Shown here: positions 9,088 through 16,226 of the stretch, piece by piece
Numbering within the stretch: the stretch's first letter is position 1
Layout: every line of letters begins with the position of its first letter
NCBI GenBank assembly: GCA_018714895.1
Contig: DVMQ01000018.1
Location: 2,491-26,490 of the forward strand
Direction of reading: 5' to 3'
From: Candidatus Coprovicinus avistercoris
GTDB lineage: Bacteria; Actinomycetota; Coriobacteriia; Coriobacteriales; Atopobiaceae
Length of the DNA: 24,000 nucleotides
Translations under genes and position numbers: made by a program
The notes under the pieces: generated by a model
What the model was told of the DNA's origin: nothing
Databases searched by the model: none
Seen by the model: only the letters and a program-made list of their open reading frames with translations

Positions 9088-11139
9088 ATGGGCAGAAAAA
9101 GACATTCTCGTTCACGCGCATATGGATCACAGCGTCGGTCACGCGCGCTTGTCCTTGAGGGAACTCTACATATCGTGCGCCCTGGCGTGGCGACCGTGGA
9201 GACACAAGAGGGGACATTCCATGTTGCACGTGGCGGCATCCGTGAGGGTATGGATGGGGACCTGGTGCGGGTAACGCTTTCTCGTCATGCAAGTTCCTCT
9301 CAGCCACAAGAGCCGCGTGCATACGTTCAGTCGGTAATGGCTCGTGCCTGTGAATCATTTTTGGGTACCTATGGTGTGGCATCTCCACTTGGTGTTGTTG
9401 TCCCGTTAGATGAACGCATCCGACGCGATTTCTTTGTATTGCCCGATGATAAGAGCGCAGATCGTTTGGGAATCAAAGAGGGAGATCTTGTAGTTGCGCG
9501 AATTTTGACGTATCCAACGCGGCGTGAAGCGGGCGTTGTAACACTTGATCGGCGTGTTGGCGCATCCGACGAAATAGATATTGATATTGAAAGTGTTATA
9601 GCGTCTTACAATTTACCCTGCGCTTTTCCTGAGCGTGTTTTGAAAGAGACGGACGCACTTACCCTTGATGTTGATGGTGTTCTTGCCGCCCAACCGTATC
9701 GTCGCGATTTGCGAAAGGGCTGCTGCTTTACCATAGATCCTGTGGATGCACGTGATTTTGACGATGCGTTGTCTGTGGATATAACTGATCAGGGCTATAC
9801 GCTTGGAGTGCATATCGCCGATGTTTCGCAGTATGTTCCACAGGATTCCTCATTGGATATTGAGGCACGGGCAAGAGGTTGTTCTGTCTATCTAGCCGAT
9901 CGTGTTTTACCTATGCTGCCAGAGCGTTTGAGCAATGATATTTGTTCATTGCGCCCAAATGAAGACCGGCTCTGCATGAGTGTGCTGATAGACCTCTCCT
10001 TAGACGGAGAAGTGCAGTCGTTTGAAATAACACCTTCAGCGATTCGCTCACAAGCACGCTTGGATTACGATTCAGTAGAGAAGCTGCTCGAAGGTAAGAG
10101 CACATCGTCAGATCTGTCTTGTGATGCGACTCATCGCGAAACAATTGCCCAAGCGCTTATGACGCTCGATAAAATTGCTGAGAAGCGCAGGATTATTCGC
10201 AAGCGTCGTGGTTCGATTGACTTTGAAACCGCGGAAGCAAAAGTTGTGCTCGATAAAAAAGGTGAGCCACAAGGAGTTCGTATTCGCGAACGTACAAATG
10301 CAACTTCACTTGTTGAAGAGGCCATGCTTGTCGCAAATGAGTGTGTGGCTCAACGTCTAGCACAGGCTGATATAGCGAGTGCGTATCGTGTTCATGAGCC
10401 TCCTATAGCAGAAAGACTCGAGAGCGCTCTTGTGATTCTGCATGAGCTTGAGCTTGTAAACTCCGAGGAATCGGAGCTTATCGCTGCTGGAGATCCGTAT
10501 GTCGTGCAGACGGTGCTCGAACGTGTGCGAGGTACCTCTTCCGAGCGTTTGGTTACATCGGTGCTTTTGCGAGCCCAGTCACGGGCTGTGTATGCTCCTC
10601 ATAACGAGGGTCACTATGCGCTTGGAGCTCGTGCATACTGCCACTTTACCTCGCCCATCAGGCGCTATCCGGATCTTGTTATCCATCGCAGTATAAAAAC
10701 GTTGCTAGGGATCGATAAAAACGCTGGTATAAAGGGTAAAAAGAAAGATCTTCCACAGTTGTGCCGATCCTGTTCCGAACTTGAGCGAAGAGCTGATAGT
10801 GCCGCGCGCGCTTCTCAGCGAGCAAAATTGGCGCGCTTTTATCTGGATCGTGTAGGGGAGGTATACGGAGGTGTCATTTCAGGTGTTGAGAAATTCGGGC
10901 TCTTTGTTGAGCTTGAAAAGACGCTTGCCGAAGGCCTTGTGCCCATACGCTTGATGCCCTCTGGCAGCATAAGGTTTGACGAGAAGCGCATGCTGTTGCG
11001 TAATGATCACGATGGACATACGTGGCGACTTGGCCAACGCGTCGCTGTCCGCATTGAGGATGCTGATCCCGCGCACGGCAAAATCACTCTCACGCTTGTC
11101 GGGGGAGCAACTGGTCGGGTGCCGGGTGGGTTACACTAG
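9088..11139 (+). CDS. rnr: Ribonuclease R (RNB-family 3'-5' exoribonuclease)
   Basis: 683 aa. N-terminal OB/CSD region, then an RNB catalytic domain (FTIDPVDARDFDDALSV, SVYLADRVLPMLPERLSNDICSLRP, HYALGARAYCHFTSPIRRYPDLVIHR), then a C-terminal S1 domain (YGGVISGVEKFGLFVELE...). GGAGG at 9076-9080 lies 7 nt before the ATG. Confidence 0.9.
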   Translation: MGRKRHSRSRAYGSQRRSRALVLEGTLHIVRPGVATVETQEGTFHVARGGIREGMDGDLVRVTLSRHASSSQPQEPRAYVQSVMARACESFLGTYGVASPLGVVVPLDERIRRDFFVLPDDKSADRLGIKEGDLVVARILTYPTRREAGVVTLDRRVGASDEIDIDIESVIASYNLPCAFPERVLKETDALTLDVDGVLAAQPYRRDLRKGCCFTIDPVDARDFDDALSVDITDQGYTLGVHIADVSQYVPQDSSLDIEARARGCSVYLADRVLPMLPERLSNDICSLRPNEDRLCMSVLIDLSLDGEVQSFEITPSAIRSQARLDYDSVEKLLEGKSTSSDLSCDATHRETIAQALMTLDKIAEKRRIIRKRRGSIDFETAEAKVVLDKKGEPQGVRIRERTNATSLVEEAMLVANECVAQRLAQADIASAYRVHEPPIAERLESALVILHELELVNSEESELIAAGDPYVVQTVLERVRGTSSERLVTSVLLRAQSRAVYAPHNEGHYALGARAYCHFTSPIRRYPDLVIHRSIKTLLGIDKNAGIKGKKKDLPQLCRSCSELERRADSAARASQRAKLARFYLDRVGEVYGGVISGVEKFGLFVELEKTLAEGLVPIRLMPSGSIRFDEKRMLLRNDHDGHTWRLGQRVAVRIEDADPAHGKITLTLVGGATGRVPGGLH

Positions 11140-11180
11140 GCAAACACATGCGCAGATAAACGAGCGCAGAAGGGACATAT

Positions 11181-12050
11181 ATGAGTACTGGTGTTGCAAA
11201 CCAAGCATATTCTGGGCTTGCCGATGATCTTACCCGTGCTGAAGGACTCCTTGTAGCAGGGCGAGATGAAGATGCGGAGAAACTGCTTTCCTCACTTGCT
11301 GAGGATGCTGAAGAGTATGTCGATAGAAATTGTCATACCACGGATAAGGTGCAGTGGTTTAGTTTCCCAACACTTTTTGAACGCCTTTGTTATCGACGTG
11401 TTGAGAATGACCCTCGCGAGCTGTATGACGTGGGGGAACCTCTGGATAGGCTTTATGCTGATTTAGGCTTAGCCTGTGTACGTCTTGGCGATTATGCCCG
11501 TGCTACCGAGGCGCTCAAACAGGCAGTGCGCTGGAACCCGATGGAGTGTGCTTACAGGCTTAACTTGGCAGATCTTTATCTCACGAATGGTGATGAGCGC
11601 GAGTTTCTCGCTCTGAGTTTTTCAGTATTTGAGCGCGCGAGCAATGCACAGCATCTTGTGCGCGCATACCTCAATTTTGCGCGCCATTATGAGCGGACAG
11701 GGCAAGCGGAGCTTCGTGCTGCATGTCTGCGCTGTGCACGTCGACTCGAGATGCCTTCCGAACAATTGGAAGCGGAGCTTGATGCCGTAAAAGGAACTGA
11801 CGCTGATCCCGATTCACTAGACGATGCGCGTGCTCAGCAAATTTTGGCAGAAGAAGGTTTACCTGAAGGGGCAAATGCTGAGGTTGCTGTCTGTTTGCTT
11901 ATGTGTGCTTCCGACGCAGCCGAAGTGGGCGATAAGAACCTTGCCACTGATTTGACGGTTCGAGCACGTGATCTTATTGGTGCGCCTGCGGCGTCCGCAC
12001 TTATCCAGCTCATTCATGAGACTGATGAGGAGGCAGATACGCATGCCTAA
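11181..12050 (+). CDS. Acidic TPR-like helical-repeat protein of unknown function
   Basis: 289-aa ORF with AAGGGA 5 nt upstream of ATG 11181. TPR-like segments include LGLACVRLGDYARATEALKQAVRWNPMECAYRLNLADLYLTNGD and LVRAYLNFARHYERTGQAELRAACLRCA. The protein is strongly enriched in D and E. Its stop overlaps the smpB start (ATGCCTAA). Confidence 0.7.
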   Translation: MSTGVANQAYSGLADDLTRAEGLLVAGRDEDAEKLLSSLAEDAEEYVDRNCHTTDKVQWFSFPTLFERLCYRRVENDPRELYDVGEPLDRLYADLGLACVRLGDYARATEALKQAVRWNPMECAYRLNLADLYLTNGDEREFLALSFSVFERASNAQHLVRAYLNFARHYERTGQAELRAACLRCARRLEMPSEQLEAELDAVKGTDADPDSLDDARAQQILAEEGLPEGANAEVAVCLLMCASDAAEVGDKNLATDLTVRARDLIGAPAASALIQLIHETDEEADTHA

Positions 12051-12513
12051 GCGCGAGCGTAAACTCATTGCCCGAAATCGTTCGGCACGCCATGAATACT
12101 TTGTTGATGAAACTTTCGAAGCAGGAATTGAGCTTCGAGGCACGGAAGTAAGAAGCTTGCGTGAGCGTGCATGCCAGATAACAGATGCCTTCTGTTTGAT
12201 TCGCGGAGGGCAGTGTTGGCTTCATGGTGTGCACTTGCACCCATACTCACATGGCAATATTTGGAACGTTGATCCGGATAGAAAGCGCCGTCTATTGTTG
12301 CACCGTCGCCAAATTGACTATCTTGACGGTAAGCTTAGAGCAAAAGGCATGGCGCTCATCCCGCTTGAGTTGTATTTCAACGAACATAACCGAGTCAAGC
12401 TACTTATTGGGCTCTGTAGGGGTAAGAAGCTCTATGACAAGCGAGCGGATATGGCTCGCAGAGATGTTGATCGCGAGATTCGTCGTGCTATCAAGGAGAA
12501 GAACCGCTACTAG
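12043..12513 (+). CDS. smpB: SsrA-binding protein SmpB
   Basis: MPKRERKLIARNRSARHEYFVDETFEAGIELRGTEVRSLR... and ...DPDRKRRLLLHRRQIDYL...GKKLYDKR are classic SmpB sequences. The start is ATG 12043, with GAGGAGG at 12027-12033. The ORF-track extension from 11968 lies inside the upstream gene. Confidence 0.93.
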   Translation: MPKRERKLIARNRSARHEYFVDETFEAGIELRGTEVRSLRERACQITDAFCLIRGGQCWLHGVHLHPYSHGNIWNVDPDRKRRLLLHRRQIDYLDGKLRAKGMALIPLELYFNEHNRVKLLIGLCRGKKLYDKRADMARRDVDREIRRAIKEKNRY

Positions 12514-12561
12514 GTGCTACAGATAGGCTGTACGTATTGGGTGGTTCAGAGGAGGCAGGTT

Positions 12562-13071
12562 ATGGATCCAAAGGCGCTCTTCAAGTTTTCATCCGGTTTG
12601 TATGTTGTAGCCGCTTCACACGGCGACGATGTTGGTGCTTGTCTCATCAACACTGGTATGCAACTTACAGCAGAACCCCTGCAAGTGCAGGTTGTTATCA
12701 ATAAAGAAAACCATACGGAATCTGTTGTTCGTGATGCCGGGAGCTTTTCTCTTGCTGTTGTGAGCGAGAAGGCAGACATGATGTATATCGGCCGTTTTGG
12801 ATTCCGCTCCTCAGTTGATTTCGACAAGTTTAGTGGCATTCCATGTGAGCACACATCGCTGGGCGATCCTTATACCACCGAGTGCACGTGCGCAATGCTG
12901 GGATGCAAGGTTGTCCAAACGCTTGATGTTGGTACGCACACGCTTTTTGTTGGAGAAGTGGTGGACGCGGAAGTACTTTCCGACGATGCGCCTATGACCT
13001 ACACCTACTACCATACGGTTCTTAAGGGAAAGACGCCCGCCAAGGCATCTTCTTATATTCCTCAGGGATAG
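12562..13071 (+). CDS. Flavin reductase-like (FMN-binding split-barrel) domain protein
   Basis: MDPKALFKFSSGLYVVAASHGDDVGACLINTGMQLTAEPLQVQVVINKENHT...THTLFVGEVVDAEVL matches the flavin reductase / flavoredoxin-type domain. ATG 12562 lies 6 nt after GGAGG (12551-12555). Confidence 0.8.
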   Translation: MDPKALFKFSSGLYVVAASHGDDVGACLINTGMQLTAEPLQVQVVINKENHTESVVRDAGSFSLAVVSEKADMMYIGRFGFRSSVDFDKFSGIPCEHTSLGDPYTTECTCAMLGCKVVQTLDVGTHTLFVGEVVDAEVLSDDAPMTYTYYHTVLKGKTPAKASSYIPQG

Positions 13072-13176
13072 AAATACGCTGGCTGGGTATCATCAGGCAA
13101 GAGCTATGAAAAATAGCGGCCAGATTTGTTTCTAGAGGAAGTGTTGCCTCGTATGAGGCTGAAGGAAGGAGTTCTT

Positions 13177-13320
13177 ATGAGCGACGAGAAGAAGACCTAT
13201 ACATTCCGTTGCACCGTTTGTGGCTTTGAGGTAACTGTTGATACCCCCGAGCTGCCCGAGGACTATGTTTGCCCAACCTGCGGTGTTGGCCCTGAGCTGT
13301 TTGAGCTCGTCGAGGACTAA
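13177..13320 (+). CDS. Small rubredoxin-type iron-binding protein (47 aa)
   Basis: MSDEKKTYTFRCTVCGFEVTVDTPELPEDYVCPTCGVGPELFELVED has two CxxCG knuckles (CTVCG, CPTCG) with rubredoxin-like spacing. GAAGGAAGGA (13161-13170) precedes ATG 13177. Confidence 0.75.
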   Translation: MSDEKKTYTFRCTVCGFEVTVDTPELPEDYVCPTCGVGPELFELVED

Positions 13321-13397
13321 AACCCGTTCAAGTGTTTCGAAGCTCGTGCTTAAGACATGAGGATTTGAGCACCGTTGCTCTGTAAACGGATGTAGCA

Positions 13398-13428
13398 AAA
13401 GCCTGCCATTCAAGAAATGGCAGGCTTT
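13398..13428. terminator. Bidirectional intrinsic terminator between convergent genes
   Basis: AAAGCCTGCCATT (13398-13410) pairs perfectly with AATGGCAGGCTTT (13416-13428) around a 5-nt loop. It has an A-tract on the 5' side and a T-rich 3' side. It overlaps the stop of the minus-strand gene (13427-13429). Confidence 0.65.
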
Positions 13429-13939
13429 ATTGTTGCCACTGAGGCAGAGATGAGGCTGCAAGCTCAATGTAATGAATGGCGTTTGAAAGGTTGTCCGCCA
13501 TTTCTTCTGATGAAAGTTTTCGGATAAGGCGTGCAGGACATCCAAAGGCAACATGTCCATCAGGGATGATTGTTCCCTCAGGTACCAGGGCTCCAGCGCC
13601 AATGAGGCAGTTGCTGCCAACGTGAGCGCCATCGAGCACAATAGCGCCCATGCCGATAAGAGTGGCGTTATCAATGGTACATCCATGCAAGATAGCGCTG
13701 TGTCCCACGGTGACATGTTTGCCGAGCACAACAGGACGGTCCTTCGAAACATGTATGACGGCATTGTCTTGCACATTGGTACCAGCGCCAATGGTGATAG
13801 GCGCCTCGTCACCTCTTAGAACTGCTCCAAACCAAATGTTTGCCTGAGAGTTAAGTGTTACATCGCCTTGGATGGTTGCGTTTAAGGCAACCCATGGCCC
13901 CGATACAGTCTTTTGTGGTCTTTTATCCAGCTGCGTCAT
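13427..13939 (-). CDS. Gamma-class carbonic anhydrase family / left-handed beta-helix (hexapeptide-repeat) protein, YrdA/PaaY/CaiE-like
   Basis: Hexapeptide repeats with conserved His positions: IWFGAVLRGDEAPITIGAGTNVQDNAVIHVS...VTVGHSAILHGCTIDNATLIGMGAIVLDGAHVGSNCLIGAGALV. The start is ATG 13939 (GAGG 6 nt upstream on the minus strand), not the ORF-track 14011. Confidence 0.85.
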   Translation of the reverse strand: MTQLDKRPQKTVSGPWVALNATIQGDVTLNSQANIWFGAVLRGDEAPITIGAGTNVQDNAVIHVSKDRPVVLGKHVTVGHSAILHGCTIDNATLIGMGAIVLDGAHVGSNCLIGAGALVPEGTIIPDGHVAFGCPARLIRKLSSEEMADNLSNAIHYIELAASSLPQWQQ

Positions 13940-14130
13940 CTTGCGCCTCAAACTTTCAATGCGTGGTAAGACTTTGATTAGAACAGGCTCTTTCGATCTC
14001 TTATGACACAAGGTATATCAATAAAGACCTGTAAATCATGGATATATGCGGGTATACTACCGTGGCAAGAGTTTGTTTGCCAACTCATTTGCACGTTGAC
14101 ATTTGTATGGTGGTTTTTAAACCTCCTTTT

Positions 14131-14499
14131 GGGGGCGACTGGTTTCGACAGGGTAGTTCTGAGGTGGGCAGCAGGTCGTGGTCTCCTCGCCACGTTAAAC
14201 AGGGGTACCGTCAAATTGAATTGACGACAATAACTCTTATGAGCCTCAGCTGGCTCTTGCTGCTTAATTAAAATAGCAGCCGTCAATGCGGGAGTTGCTC
14301 CTGCTCTCGCGGCGACGTCACTCTAGGGAGCTGCGCACATGGACGTGGTTGGTATGCCGTGTGCTAAGGCCGAACCAACTGGAATGCAGCGTGCCAGTTA
14401 TCGAGCATAATGCATTCGAGATCTAATCGATAACTGAGCCTGGAGACACCTGCCAGGGGATTGCTTTGGACCGGAGTTCGATCCTCCGCGCCTCCACCA
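14131..14499 (+). ncRNA. ssrA: Transfer-messenger RNA (tmRNA, SsrA)
   Basis: The 5' end GGGGGCGACTGGTTTCGACAGGG and the 3' end GGAGTTCGATCCTCCGCGCCTCCACCA form a tRNA-Ala-like acceptor stem with a G3:U pair and an encoded CCA. An internal tag frame ends GCT CTT GCT GCT TAA (..ALAA stop) at 14253-14267. Confidence 0.93.
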
Positions 14500-14507
14500 T
14501 CATTTCC

Positions 14508-14553
14508 GCAGGTTTTCTACGTTTATGCTGGTAGAAAGCCTGCGTTTTCTTTG
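14508..14553 (+). terminator. Intrinsic terminator after ssrA
   Basis: GCAGGTTTTCTAC (14508-14520) pairs with GTAGAAAGCCTGC (14531-14543), including one G-U. GTTTTCTTTG follows. Confidence 0.7.
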
Positions 14554-14577
14554 TATATCTCATATTTCTTATGATAT

Positions 14578-14602
14578 TTTTGGCAGATTTTGGCAGATGC
14601 CA
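14578..14602. repeat. Perfect tandem 10-bp duplication TTTTGGCAGA x2, ending in the palindrome TGGCA-GA-TGCCA
   Basis: TTTTGGCAGA occurs at 14578-14587 and again at 14588-14597. TGGCAGATGCCA at 14591-14602 is an inverted repeat. Function unknown. Confidence 0.5.
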
Positions 14603-14843
14603 TCCCTGCCGGAACTTTCACTGCTGACCGAATTTATCGCGTCATCAGGAATGGGGCGAAACCTCTGGGGTAGCTAAAGTCACTGGAGGTTTTGGATAAA
14701 AACGTCATAATGAAGATTACAATATAGTTTCGGGATTCCAATTCCGAAGTTTGTGTCGCAATGCGTGTAAACGTCAACTCGGGCAAGTAGTGGCTTGCCC
14801 TTAAGGTTTGATTGCCTATGTAGGCGGTCAGAAGGAGGAAACA

Positions 14844-16058
14844 ATGGGACGTTTTACTAACCCGCGTGACCTGTATTTTGGCGAGGGTGCTCGTCATGAG
14901 GTGAAGAACCTCAAGGGTTCCAAGGCCGTTATCGTTACCGGCGGCGGCTCCATGCGTCGTGGCGGCTTCCTGCAGGAACTCGAGGCAGACCTCAAAGAGG
15001 CTGGCTTCGAAGTCAAGCTTATCGAGGGCGTTGAGTCCGATCCGTCTGTAGAGACAGTCATGAAGGGCGCAGCCGTCATGTCTGAGTTCGAGCCTGACTG
15101 GATCGTTGCTATTGGTGGCGGCTCTCCTATCGACGCTGCTAAGGCCATGTGGATTAAGTACGAGTATCCCGACACCACGTTTGAGGATATGTGCAAGGTC
15201 TTTGGCCTGCCTGAGCTCCGCACCAAGGCTCACTTCTGCGCCATTTCCTCCACCTCTGGCACCGCTACTGAGGTAACTGCATTCTCGATCATCACCGATT
15301 ATGCTAAGGGCATCAAGTTCCCGATTGCCGACTTCCAAATTACTCCTGACGTGGCAATTGTTGACCCTGAGCTTACCTACACCATGCCTGCCAAGCTGTG
15401 CGCACACACCGGTATGGACGCTCTGACTCACGCCATTGAGTCCTACGTTTCCACTGCAGCCTCCATGTATACCGAGGCCAATTCACTCCACGCCATCCGT
15501 GAGATCGTCAAATGGCTGCCCGAGTCCTACAAGGGCGACAAAGAGGCACGTCAGCACATGCACGATGCTCAGTGCATCGCTGGTATTGCTTTCTCCTCTG
15601 GCCTGCTCGGCATCGTTCACTCCATGGCACACAAGACCGGCGCTGCCTTCACCGGCGACCACATTATCCATGGTTGCGCCAACGCTATGTACCTCGGCAA
15701 GGTCATCCAGTTCAACTCCAAGGTCCCCGAGGCCAAGACTAAGTATGCCTACATCGCCAAGGAAATCCTGCACCTCCCCGGCGAGACCGAGGACGAGCTC
15801 GTTGCTGCACTCGTACAGGAGATCCGCGACCTCAACGACAAGCTGGACATTCCGCAGGGCATCAAGAACTACGGCAAGGGCGGCGTAAAGGCCGACGAGT
15901 CCATCATCGACTACGCCGAGTTCGAGGAGAAGAAGAGCCGCATTGCTGTTGACGCTATTGGTGACGCCTGCACTGGCTCCAACCCGCGCCAGCCGACGCC
16001 GGAAGAGATGGAGAAGCTCCTCGAGTGCGTCTACAACGATGTGGATGTTGACTTCTAA
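14844..16058 (+). CDS. Iron-containing (group III) alcohol dehydrogenase, similar to the ADH domain of AdhE
   Basis: 404 aa. It has GGGSMRRGG, WIVAIGGGSPIDAAKAMW (the Fe-ADH GGGSxxD motif) and metal-binding His motifs (HTGMDALTHAIESY; HSMAHKTG; HGCANA). The start is ATG 14844, preceded by GAAGGAGGA (14831-14839). Codon usage is strongly C/G-ending. Confidence 0.9.
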   Translation: MGRFTNPRDLYFGEGARHEVKNLKGSKAVIVTGGGSMRRGGFLQELEADLKEAGFEVKLIEGVESDPSVETVMKGAAVMSEFEPDWIVAIGGGSPIDAAKAMWIKYEYPDTTFEDMCKVFGLPELRTKAHFCAISSTSGTATEVTAFSIITDYAKGIKFPIADFQITPDVAIVDPELTYTMPAKLCAHTGMDALTHAIESYVSTAASMYTEANSLHAIREIVKWLPESYKGDKEARQHMHDAQCIAGIAFSSGLLGIVHSMAHKTGAAFTGDHIIHGCANAMYLGKVIQFNSKVPEAKTKYAYIAKEILHLPGETEDELVAALVQEIRDLNDKLDIPQGIKNYGKGGVKADESIIDYAEFEEKKSRIAVDAIGDACTGSNPRQPTPEEMEKLLECVYNDVDVDF

Positions 16059-16085
16059 TTCCTGCTGCAATTAACAGCATGATGT

Positions 16086-16118
16086 ACGGCCGAGGCTTTC
16101 GAGTCTCGGCCGTTTTTG
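16086..16118 (+). terminator. Intrinsic terminator after the ADH gene
   Basis: ACGGCCGAGGCT (16086-16097) pairs with AGTCTCGGCCGT (16102-16113) around a TTCG tetraloop. A T5 run follows at 16113-16117. Confidence 0.75.
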
Positions 16119-16167
16119 TATCTATCGGAAGGTATTTAACAGATTTATCGGCGCTTTTGCAGCTTTT

Positions 16168-16201
16168 AAACAAAAAGGGGTGTTGGACAATCCAACACCC
16201 C
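16168..16201 (-). terminator. Intrinsic terminator after yjjW (minus strand)
   Basis: An 11-bp perfect stem, GGGGTGTTGGA (16177-16187) with TCCAACACCCC (16191-16201), has a 3-nt loop. On the minus strand TTTTTGTTT follows (plus-strand AAACAAAAA at 16168-16176). Confidence 0.75.
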
Positions 16202-16226
16202 TTGAGCTTTGTCTTAAGAGAATAAG

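Noticed and set aside
11968-12042. ORF-track N-terminal extensions (smpB from 11968, ftsE from 7055, flavin reductase from 12514, rubredoxin from 13126, gamma-CA from 14011, ADH from 14808, Crp from 19645)
   Set aside because: In each case a downstream ATG or GTG has a well-spaced SD and coincides with the start of family-typical sequence. The extension overlaps an upstream gene, promoter or terminator.
13132-13812. 226-aa minus-strand ORF overlapping the rubredoxin gene, the terminator and the gamma-CA-like gene
   Set aside because: It crosses a strong bidirectional terminator and overlaps two well-supported genes. The translation has no recognisable features.
14581-14602. Sigma-54 promoter (TGGCA...TTGCA) in the TTTTGGCAGA repeat
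   Set aside because: The GG-to-GC spacing in TGGCAGATTTTGGCA is one base short of the -24/-12 consensus. The -12 element reads TGGCA, not TTGCA. No enhancer-binding protein is nearby.
14634-16070. Long minus-strand ORFs (14634-15431, 265 aa; 15483-16070, 195 aa) antisense to the ADH gene
   Set aside because: The plus-strand frame has unmistakable Fe-ADH motifs. The antisense translations are low-complexity (G/A/L/R-rich) with no recognisable domains. Long antisense ORFs are expected opposite strongly codon-biased genes.
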